A stretch of DNA of 64,000 nt from contig ADNK01001700.1 in the NCBI GenBank assembly GCA_000320545.1, positions 1 through 64,000 of the forward strand. Direction: 5' to 3'. Under the pieces are notes generated by a model that was not told where the DNA came from, ran no database searches, and saw only the letters and a program-made list of their open reading frames with translations. Made by a program: the position numbers and the translations under genes. Within the stretch, counting starts at the first letter, position 1, and the number at the start of each line of letters is the position of its first letter. Positions 55,669-64,000 of the stretch are shown piece by piece. Source of the stretch: Bigelowiella natans CCMP2755 (taxonomy: Eukaryota; Protista; Cercozoa).

Positions 55669-58600
55669 ATGTCACAGCAGCTAGAAGAACAGCAGGACTT
55701 TGGCTCGCAGGCCGTGCAAGGGCACGAGCAGAAACAGGAAAGGAAGGGCGATACGGACGCTAAGGAAGGAGGAGGAACACCTCCACAGGCACCGCCGGGA
55801 CCAGCACCCGGGATTAAGAAAGCAGATGCAGCAGCAGAGGCACTGGAGAACTTCTACGAGGCGGACGACGAGGACGTGGCCGCCGAAAGCAAGAAGGTCG
55901 TAATGGCATTACGAGCCTTGCGACCCAGGGCGAGCAACTACGCCAAACTGAAAGTATCGATAGAATACAAGTATCAGACACATGATGTTTGGGCAGCTAT
56001 CATGCAGGACATCATGGATTACGAAGCAGACTTACCTCCAGAGTGGGCAGCTTTGTTTAGGAACGACGGGGGTCTGGGCGCCTCGCGGGGGACGACCCAG
56101 AGCACCGTCAAGCAGCAGCAGCCGGTACAGCGGAACACCCAGTTCATGTCTGTTAAAACAGCACCGGTTATGATAACGAAATACAACGGGAAAAGAGGTG
56201 AGGCAAGGAGGTGGTGGAAGAACGCTAGGAGTATACTCTGCGACTTTACCCCTAACCCCACCGAAAACGACAAGCTCAAATGGCTAGCTATAATAAAGCA
56301 AGCCATGGACCTTTACGAGACAGGCAGGACCCGGATCAGGCAGCTAGAGAAAATACACACTACAGTTAGTGGGCTACGAGACGTTGAGGCGATAATGAAG
56401 GCTTTTGTAAATGAACAGGATGCTAACTCCCTACCCCAGGCTATTAGAAAATACAGAGCAATGATGCAGCATGAGAGAGAACCTGTTAGAGACTTTGCCA
56501 CGCGCTTCCAGGATATGATCGACGAACTACATGATTTTAATTACAACACAGGTGATGATCAGGCAAGGTTTGAAGAGTTCAAGTTAAAGATAAAGGAATC
56601 CACTTACGTTACGGAGAAAGGCTACACCACGATGGAGGCAGCAGTGCAGGCTATATCCCTACGCGAGCAGGAGCAGGACCGCAAGTTTACCAGCCCTAAG
56701 GTACCTGGCATAGGAAACATTAACGCTATTAAGCCGCAGCGAGACTGGTACAAGGACAGGGAAGGTAACCGACGTTGCGGATACTGCTCACGTAAAGGGA
56801 AACACACCGCTAAAGACTGCAGAGACAGGAAAGAAGGACGACCCAGGATGACGATCAGGCAGCTCAACGAACACTACGAGAAGTTAAAGAGAAAGAAAGG
56901 CAGAGGACAAGGATATAACAACAGCAAATGGCAAGGCAGCAACAACGGGAAGAACAATAAATATAAGAACAAAAAGCAGAACAGTATCAATGCTATACAG
57001 CAGCAGATAAACGGAATATTAGATCACCTTAAGCAGGCGCCGACGAAGACAGCAGTACCAGCAACGCAGGACCAAGACAAGCCCATGACCCTAGACGACA
57101 TAAAGAACTTAGGAGTATGCAACATTAATGACGAAGACGCTAACAGGACTATCAAAGTTGCTATGACCAAGGTTAAAGTTAAAGACAGCTACGGAGACTA
57201 CAAGAAACTACCTGCCCTTTGGGATAGTGGCAGCATGCCGAAGTCCTTCATAAGCCTAAGCACAGTAAGAAGGTTAGGACTATTGGATCAAGTGACTAAG
57301 AAAGAACGTAAATATGCTCAAGCAGACGGAAGCTCTTCCATGAAGACCGTCGGTGAGCTAATGCTAAAGCTACAGATACCTGGCAGCGACGCGGAGACCC
57401 AAATCAAGACCCGAGTAGCCATGACTTTATCCATGGAACTACTCCTCGGACAGGATGCCCTAGAAAAATTAGGGGGGATCATATCATTCTACAATCACAA
57501 GATATACTTTGCTAAGTTGCCAAAGAAGTCAGGCAGGACCATCAGCCAGAACATGATACGGCTTGACGAGTGGACCTCTGAGTCAAGCGTTAATGCGTTA
57601 GAGTTTATGGACCTAGCGGACAACAAGCTACCTACACCTACCGAGCTACGGAAGAAGAACCCCGGCAAGACCATCCGACAGATAACGGAGCTACTGGACA
57701 AGACCCCCCCAGCTGATGATTGGGATATCGACAAAGGCAAAAAGTACATTAATAAAATATTAAACGAGAAGTACTCTGACATCACCAAGCCGACGACGAA
57801 GCCCTCCAGCAAGCTTACCCCAGTAAAGATCGAGCTAAAGAAGGGATACGAAGAGTGCATCATCAATGACCCAGAACATAGGCGACCGGAAGCGGACTGG
57901 GAAAAGATAGAGTGGCAGATCAATGAATGGGCAAAGGAAGGGAAGATAGAGCCAAGCAACTCACCATGGAACGTGAGACATGTGCTAGCTAAGAAACCTA
58001 CTTACCCTTTCTTCCGCCTGGCGCACAACTTCATCCGCCACAACCGAGTAATAAAGAGGATCCAGACACCTACACCAAGGATAGATGACGTTATTGAACA
58101 CGTCATAGGATACAAATACTACTCTTCCCTAGATAAAAATGAATCATACATGCAGACACCCATCCACAAAACCTCCCGCCCCATTACCGCGTTCTCCAGC
58201 AGGCACAGGAAGTGGCACTTCGTCGTATTCCCTTACGGCCTAAGCATATCAGGGGATGCGTTCAGTAGTCAGAACTACAGGGCATACACACATGATGGGA
58301 TGGCGTCTGTGTTGTGGGTGTTTGTGTTTGTGTATGTGGATGATGACATAATATGTACCAACACAGTCGTCGCTCAGATCTTCCTCCTGGAAAATATATT
58401 TATTAGGTTTGCACACTTCGGTTTTACTATTAGACTGCAGAAGTGTACATTCCTAGCTACAAGAATCAAGTGGTGTGGATATTACCTGGAGCAAGGCCGC
58501 ATCACCCCAAACCCCGAGAAAGTAGCAGCACTACAGCAAGCCCCTAAACCTAAGAATGCAAAGGAGTTAAAGTCATTCTTGCAGACTGCAGCTTGGATAC

Positions 58601-60642
58601 TACGTAGGTTCTCCCCTACCTACGCTAGGACTGCAGCTGCTTTTACTACTGCTTACCGGAAGGAGAACTCTGTAGGCCTCAGCTTCGCTAAGGTGTGGGC
58701 CAAGGCTGGCCTTGATGCCCACTTCGATAACCTAATAAAGTTATGCAGCAACACCCTATTGAATGCTAAGCTAGACACTACTAGACCAGCTACCCTATGG
58801 ACAGACTGGTCTAAGCTAGGTATGGCTGCTGTACTTACCCAAGACCAGCAGATCATACGGGTGTGGGGCAGGGCCTGCACAGCAGCTGAGGCCAAGTACA
58901 GCCCTACAAAAGGAGAGTATAAAGCCATGACTGAGGCGCAGAGGAAACTAAGATACTACCTGCTGTCGGTGCCCAGCTTCACCTTAATGACTGACCACAA
59001 GCCCCTCCTAGGCATCGACCGCAAGCTCGAAGCGCCTAACGATGAGTATGCAGCTATGAGGGCGGACACGGAAGAGTTTAGGGACAAGAGGACAGTGGTC
59101 TACGCACCAGGAGACAAGCAGCTTGCTGACTATTTCAGCAGGCTGTTCGAAAAGAAAGTCCCTACCCAGGTCACCCCTATGGTTAACGCGATTACCTTCG
59201 AGGACGGCGACTTCCTGCCTGAGCCAGAGGAGCTCCAGCACCTTCAAGAACACCTGGATAAATACAAACACAAGCATGAGGTACTTAGTGATAGGATATA
59301 TGTATACACTAATAATGTTAGGCGTACCTACGTGCCACGGCGGACCAGGGGAGCCCTTCTCTTTACCGCCCATGGACCTGCACACGTAGGAGAAAACCAT
59401 ATCACTGCTCTACTCTACCATTACTACTGGCCCTACAAGCTAAAAGAGATAAGGACATACCTGCGTGGCTGCAGGTGCTCCAGCTTGAAGGCGGCAGGCG
59501 TCGCCACCAAGGAGTCCAGCAAGAGCCGTGCATCTAAGAAAATCAAAGCAAGGAACTTCTTAGATATCGTGCAAATTGATGTTTATAAGTACGATGGCTA
59601 TCACTACCTTACCTTCGTTGATGTGGCCACTGGAAAGTGCTGGGTTAAAAAGATTATCAAGGTCAACGTTGCTAAGAAGAACAAAGGCTTATATAAGCAG
59701 AGGCATACTAACTGCTACCGTACCTGGGAGTCTGAGCTCCAGGCTATCCCTGATGAAGTTAGCATAAACAAGATACCAAAGAAGTTACATGTGGATAATG
59801 AGACCTCTCTTCTACAGCTACCACACCCTAATATTGATGCCTCACCTGTATACTATGCCCAGTCCAACTCCAAGGTAGAGCGACTCCACCGCACCTTGGC
59901 CAACCTAAGCAGGATAAATAGCACCACACCAGACAAGATACAAGGGTTAGTAAACGACACCTTCACGTCTGGGGGAGGTATCAAGGATAAGGAGAGGGAA
60001 GAAGGCGACGACAACGACGACGATACCGAGAGCGAAGACGAGAAGGTCCCGTACGATGGCCGAGTTCTAAAGGAAGGACAGTATGTTAGGGCCAAGGTAA
60101 ATCTGAGATCGAGAAATAAACAAGACCCCTTCTGGGGTGGCGTTGCAAAGGTTACCGAGAGGAAGGGGAGGAAGCAGTACTACATCTATGATGGGAACAG
60201 GGTCACCTTGCGCCACATCAGTCACCTAAAGAATTATGATATCGGTGAGAAGCTCCTAGAGGATGTTAAAGTAAACCCTACTGTGTGGGAGCGAGCAATG
60301 CCTTGTTTAGGACCCCGACCTAAGTTCGATGTGGAATATGGAAACAATAAGGTCAGGGTGAACGACGATTGGCGCATGAAGATTGTCTATCTAGGCTACC
60401 CTGGATTACGAAATATGGAGAGGGTAGCTATGAAAATAAAGGACGGAAAATATCAGCTACTCTACCTAGCTGTTCCCGACTTACCCTTTGAGCACTGGTA
60501 TAAGGTCCTGGGGGACCTTGATGCAGAGGGCTGGTATGGACACGAACCTAAGGACGAAGGTGAGTTCTGGGTAAGCGACAAAGGAGATAAGGTTAGAGAG
60601 GAATCTATTACCTGGTGGTTGGTGAAGTTCCGAAAGCGATGA
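55669..60642 (+). CDS. Single-ORF Gag-Pol polyprotein (1657 aa) with extra C-terminal domain
   Basis: Gag (Q..RE.V.DF..RF), zinc knuckle CGYCSRKGKHTAKDC, protease ALWDSGS, RT (SNSPWN, PYGL, YVDD), RNase H (WTDWS..GMAAVL, TDHKPL, ADYFSR), integrase (H..AH..C.C, QIDV, VDNE, SNSKVER), GPY/F-like region (DPFWGG) and an about 130-aa tail. Confidence 0.95.
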   Translation: MSQQLEEQQDFGSQAVQGHEQKQERKGDTDAKEGGGTPPQAPPGPAPGIKKADAAAEALENFYEADDEDVAAESKKVVMALRALRPRASNYAKLKVSIEYKYQTHDVWAAIMQDIMDYEADLPPEWAALFRNDGGLGASRGTTQSTVKQQQPVQRNTQFMSVKTAPVMITKYNGKRGEARRWWKNARSILCDFTPNPTENDKLKWLAIIKQAMDLYETGRTRIRQLEKIHTTVSGLRDVEAIMKAFVNEQDANSLPQAIRKYRAMMQHEREPVRDFATRFQDMIDELHDFNYNTGDDQARFEEFKLKIKESTYVTEKGYTTMEAAVQAISLREQEQDRKFTSPKVPGIGNINAIKPQRDWYKDREGNRRCGYCSRKGKHTAKDCRDRKEGRPRMTIRQLNEHYEKLKRKKGRGQGYNNSKWQGSNNGKNNKYKNKKQNSINAIQQQINGILDHLKQAPTKTAVPATQDQDKPMTLDDIKNLGVCNINDEDANRTIKVAMTKVKVKDSYGDYKKLPALWDSGSMPKSFISLSTVRRLGLLDQVTKKERKYAQADGSSSMKTVGELMLKLQIPGSDAETQIKTRVAMTLSMELLLGQDALEKLGGIISFYNHKIYFAKLPKKSGRTISQNMIRLDEWTSESSVNALEFMDLADNKLPTPTELRKKNPGKTIRQITELLDKTPPADDWDIDKGKKYINKILNEKYSDITKPTTKPSSKLTPVKIELKKGYEECIINDPEHRRPEADWEKIEWQINEWAKEGKIEPSNSPWNVRHVLAKKPTYPFFRLAHNFIRHNRVIKRIQTPTPRIDDVIEHVIGYKYYSSLDKNESYMQTPIHKTSRPITAFSSRHRKWHFVVFPYGLSISGDAFSSQNYRAYTHDGMASVLWVFVFVYVDDDIICTNTVVAQIFLLENIFIRFAHFGFTIRLQKCTFLATRIKWCGYYLEQGRITPNPEKVAALQQAPKPKNAKELKSFLQTAAWILRRFSPTYARTAAAFTTAYRKENSVGLSFAKVWAKAGLDAHFDNLIKLCSNTLLNAKLDTTRPATLWTDWSKLGMAAVLTQDQQIIRVWGRACTAAEAKYSPTKGEYKAMTEAQRKLRYYLLSVPSFTLMTDHKPLLGIDRKLEAPNDEYAAMRADTEEFRDKRTVVYAPGDKQLADYFSRLFEKKVPTQVTPMVNAITFEDGDFLPEPEELQHLQEHLDKYKHKHEVLSDRIYVYTNNVRRTYVPRRTRGALLFTAHGPAHVGENHITALLYHYYWPYKLKEIRTYLRGCRCSSLKAAGVATKESSKSRASKKIKARNFLDIVQIDVYKYDGYHYLTFVDVATGKCWVKKIIKVNVAKKNKGLYKQRHTNCYRTWESELQAIPDEVSINKIPKKLHVDNETSLLQLPHPNIDASPVYYAQSNSKVERLHRTLANLSRINSTTPDKIQGLVNDTFTSGGGIKDKEREEGDDNDDDTESEDEKVPYDGRVLKEGQYVRAKVNLRSRNKQDPFWGGVAKVTERKGRKQYYIYDGNRVTLRHISHLKNYDIGEKLLEDVKVNPTVWERAMPCLGPRPKFDVEYGNNKVRVNDDWRMKIVYLGYPGLRNMERVAMKIKDGKYQLLYLAVPDLPFEHWYKVLGDLDAEGWYGHEPKDEGEFWVSDKGDKVREESITWWLVKFRKR

Positions 60643-60684
60643 AGGTCTAAGGGAATAAGGAAGGAAGGAAGGAGCAACGTGACT

Positions 60685-60693
60685 TGGGGGAGG
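60685..60693 (+). promoter_or_regulatory. Polypurine tract
   Basis: TGGGGGAGG abuts the 3' LTR and is preceded by purine-rich AAGGAAGGAAGGAAGGAG. Confidence 0.85.
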
Positions 60694-61019
60694 TGTAGCG
60701 CGTACCACTACGCGGGCACAAGTCACGTGCGACAACAAAGGGGTTGTCGCGGATATAGAATATAGATAACGTAGATATTAATACAGCATAGGCACGTGGG
60801 TTCCGGCGGGACTCATGGCAGCACACCGGAAGTGTGCTGCCCCACGTGCGGCGGCATTCGCGAAAGCTTCGCGAATGATTACGCAGTGCACGATTTAATA
60901 AAAATATAATCTTTAATAAAAATAAACACAACTCTTCAAAAGGAAGCAAACGTGCCTTTCCCCCCCCCTGCCTACTTGTGCACGTAGCGCCTCGGCCTGT
61001 GAACACCTTACGCGCAACA
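60694..61019 (+). repeat. 3' LTR
   Basis: No differences from the 5' LTR seen by eye; followed by the TSD GTCC. Confidence 0.97.
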
Positions 61020-61766
61020 GTCCAAGCTGGCAAGACCACTCTGCTAGCTCTGGCATGCACTCGTGCCAGCGTGGCAATGCCCAGTTGCCCCACCTGGCCA
61101 CACAAACTGGCAAAATGGCTGGCTGGCACACTGGGCGTGCACTTCAAAATTGTTTCCATTTCATCACAATGAACACGAAACAGCGGCACACCCAGCCTCT
61201 TCCAGTCTTCACACCTTGGTCTTGCACATCACACACCCTTGCACAGCAGCTCACTCTGTTCACTCCAGTCTGGCAGTGTGTCAGCTTCAAATTGAACTGC
61301 TTGGTTCTTCGTCAGTCACTCCAGAGTTCCAGAGTTGACAACTGCACCACATTGCCAACCAACCAGCTGGAATCCCAAGTGCGCAGCAACGCTGTGCACT
61401 TGTTTGCGCGGCATTGTTTCATCAGTTTCATGCACAGTGCACAGCCGCAAAACGACAATGATGCATGAATGAGAGTGGCTGGTGCACAACCTTGCCAGCT
61501 TGCAGCTCCAGAACTTGTGTGTGGCGATGCCACGTTTGAACGTCTAGACGTGGTCGATGATCGATGCAACAACGTGCGTGTGCGCCATGATGATGGCAAC
61601 GCTCTGGCTAGCTAGACACTCATTGCACGTCACATTGCCACCTCCAGACCTGCTGGTTCCAGAGCTGGTCTGCAGTTTGGCAGCAGCTGGCTGGCTGCCA
61701 ATGACACAAAAAGTGAAATTGCTTCACTTGGTGTTGCAATGAATGCACGTACGTTTTGTCCAGAAT

Positions 61767-62480
61767 TCAGTCGTTGTCGATGCCTGCAAATGCCACGCAA
61801 AAGGCCAATCCATCGCAATGACGTAGTTTTTCTGCTGCAGTGATGATGGAGCCCGCGTGCACGGTGGGCCAGTCCAGCAGTGGGTGTCGATCCTCCTTGC
61901 CATTCACGTTGTGTTCCAAGTGTTTGGAAAAACCACCATCGTCCACACAGTCTTCAGTTCTCAACTTTTTGATCATCATGCGGAGATCAATTTTCACGAA
62001 GAGAGGATCAGGTGGAAGGTTGCCTGGAGAAGCAGAACCACAGAACCACAGAACCACGTTGTTCTTGCGTGTTGAGACGTTGGCGTCAAAAAAGACACTG
62101 CACGTTCACATGAGCTGCAACAACAAACCTTTCCTGTGCACAACCTTGCTTGCTGGTAGCTGAATGTCTCACGAGTCAATCCAAGAAGTTTGAACTCCAA
62201 TCCCGGAAGTGGTCAGGGAGGTTGTTTGGGAGTGAACACTTTTCTTCACTCGCATCCTGGCAATTCGCACGTTTGCACCAAGTGGGATCATTCTGCCCTG
62301 CACGTAATCTGCAATGTCCAATTGTCCGATGAATCATGTTGTGACGTGTGTGGATGCAGGGCATGAGACCTGATCATGGCCCAACGAACGTGAGGTTGTG
62401 AGGCATTGATCAGATCCAGACAAACGTGAAGTCCACGTGCATGCTTCACAATCGGCAGGCATCTCCTTTCATGTCGCACT
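61767..62480 (-). pseudogene. Degenerate coding remnant inside the TpA-depleted island (identity unknown)
   Basis: ORF fragments with GT..AG intron-like gaps (e.g. ...CTCCAG|GCAAC). Peptides are almost Tyr-free and His/Cys-rich, and the frames do not join cleanly. Confidence 0.3.
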
Positions 62481-62905
62481 TCCTAAACACCAGATGTTCA
62501 GCAGGAAAGATAGTGCTGCGAAAAAATTCCATTTAAAACTAGTTTATGGTCTGTCGCAAGAAGGCATCGTTTTTCAAAGGACGACAGCGGATAGTCCTCA
62601 CTAATGCAAACAACCGTCCAAACTTGAAAAGCAAAATGAGTCACAAAAAGTGACATATTTTTCCTCCTTGACCCAAGAAATATTGATGTCGTAGTAAATA
62701 AATAACCTGCATTTGGAGGTATTAACGGATAAAAGATTTAGTGAATTCCTGCCTCACAAACGCGGAGTCGTCGTTTTGTTGGTTGTGACTGTTTAGGGGG
62801 GAGCAAACCCCTCAATGTTGGATAGCTATGAAAATATGCTGAAGCAGGATTATAGCAGAAGTCACACATGATTCTGCTATTTTTGGTAGATTAAGTTAAA
62901 GTACA

Positions 62906-64000
62906 ATGGGTGGATGCGGATCGACTCTAAGAAAGCAATTTCCCGAGGTTTCTTTTGACACTAAATTGATATTCACTGTGTGTATTCATTGTATGAAACT
63001 TTTCATGTTGAGCGTTTCAGTAACTGATACTTCGGAATCAATCTAATGATACGCAATGGATACACCCCTATTTTGCATATTTCCAGGCATATGATGGCGA
63101 TTATCTTCCTCAATACGAAGGAAAGAGTCCCTTCTATGTTATGACAGCTGATGCGGTAAGTCATAGAGACGCGCAAGTATAAAATTAGCTGATAATGATT
63201 TTTCCAATCGTTACAGTGCCAAAAAATTCGGTATTCAAAGAAAGGTCCTGGTTCACAGGAAGAGACGCCAGCGACAAGTACATACCCTTTGCAGTATCCT
63301 TTATGTTCACCTAATCCGTATACACCTTAACAGCTATTCATGAGTTACTAAACAAAGCTGCGGCGGAATCTGGCGACAAAGTCGCCATGCGTGTGGAACG
63401 GATTCCAGATAAAAAGAAGGTCGGCAAGATGGTTATTAATACTACGAATATATTCTCACATATTAGGATAAATTTATGCAAATTTAGGGGGGATGGGTAA
63501 CCCCATCGAAGGACAACCTTTCACTTCCTGATGATAAATGGGTCACATGGTCAGTGAACTTTTTATTCTAGGTGTATTTTGTTGATGCTATCCAATACTT
63601 TGGTTCAGGACCTATAAGCAGTACAAGAAGGACTGTGAGCAGGCAGCACGAGCTTTAATGGCAATGGGGGTTGAGCAGTTCGGAACGGTAATAGAAAGTG
63701 ATAAAGAATACTTTAAACATTCCTAACCCATTAAGGCAAAGAATTACCCTAACACCCTTACTCATAGGTTGGAGTGTATGGATTCAACGCACCGGAGTGG
63801 TTCATGGCAGAGATTTCTACAATGCTCTGCGGGGCAAAAGTTGCAGGAGTCTATCCTTCGGATTCGTAATCGCTATTTCGAACTATAAGCGAGTGTCTTT
63901 GAAATATTGTGTAATGGCAGTGTGGAAAATGTTGTATTCAAGATGAAGCACTCTAAGTCGACAGTGATCGTGCTTGAGGATGAAAGTAAGCAAAATGTTT
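62906..64000 (+). CDS. Long-chain fatty-acid-CoA ligase (ACSBG/bubblegum-like, AMP-binding), 5' part; continues beyond the window
   Basis: Exons: MGGCGSTLRKQFPE|AYDGDYLP.., IHELLNKAAAESGDKVAMRVER, WVTW|TYKQYKKDCEQAARALMAMGVEQFGT|VGVYGFNAPEWFMAEISTMLCGAKVAGVYPSDS|VENVVFKMKHSKSTVIVLED. Confidence 0.85.

Larger units (their letters stand above)
55304..61019 (+). mobile_element. Intact Ty3/gypsy LTR retrotransposon
   Basis: Two 326-bp LTRs (TG...CA), identical by eye. 4-bp TSD GTCC at 55300-55303 and 61020-61023. PBS, PPT and a gag-PR-RT-RH-IN domain order. Confidence 0.97.

Noticed and set aside
61055-61818. Cluster of overlapping short ORFs on both strands
   Set aside because: Expected artefact of missing TAA/TAG codons in the TpA desert; no recognisable motifs.
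889-64000. Lipid/carotenoid gene cluster (SDR, NXD1, lipase, acyl-CoA ligase)
   Set aside because: Interspersed with unrelated genes (ORC5, EML, FHA), with no evidence of a shared pathway.

Overview
Left end of a eukaryotic nuclear chromosome. A (CCCTAA)n telomere (about 5-362) is followed by about 10 intron-rich, microsatellite-laden genes in strictly alternating orientation: SDR/KCR-like (-), ORC5 (+), six-hairpin glycosidase-like (-), a giant four-TAPE EML protein (+), DUF952 (-), NXD1-like (+), FHA protein (-), an uncertain membrane protein (+), an alpha/beta-hydrolase (-) and an ACSBG-like acyl-CoA synthetase (+, runs off the window). An intact, young Ty3/gypsy LTR retrotransposon lies at 55304-61019, with 326-bp LTRs identical by eye, a GTCC TSD and one 1657-aa ORF. 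Bipartite-looking leaders, NXD1 and TTAGGG telomeres suggest a chlorarachniophyte-like alga (inference). The main signal is two sharply bounded domains almost devoid of the dinucleotide TpA: the subtelomere (about 363-1320) and the about 2 kb DNA into which the gypsy element inserted (54728-55303 plus 61020-62482). Degenerate telomere repeats there read CCCTGA/CCCCAA instead of CCCTAA, which points to TpA-to-TpG/CpA (A-to-G) hypermutation, an 'inverse RIP'-like process. The gypsy element is unmutated and its polyprotein ends in a DIRS-type adenine-methyltransferase-like domain. All counts are by eye and gene boundaries are manual estimates.
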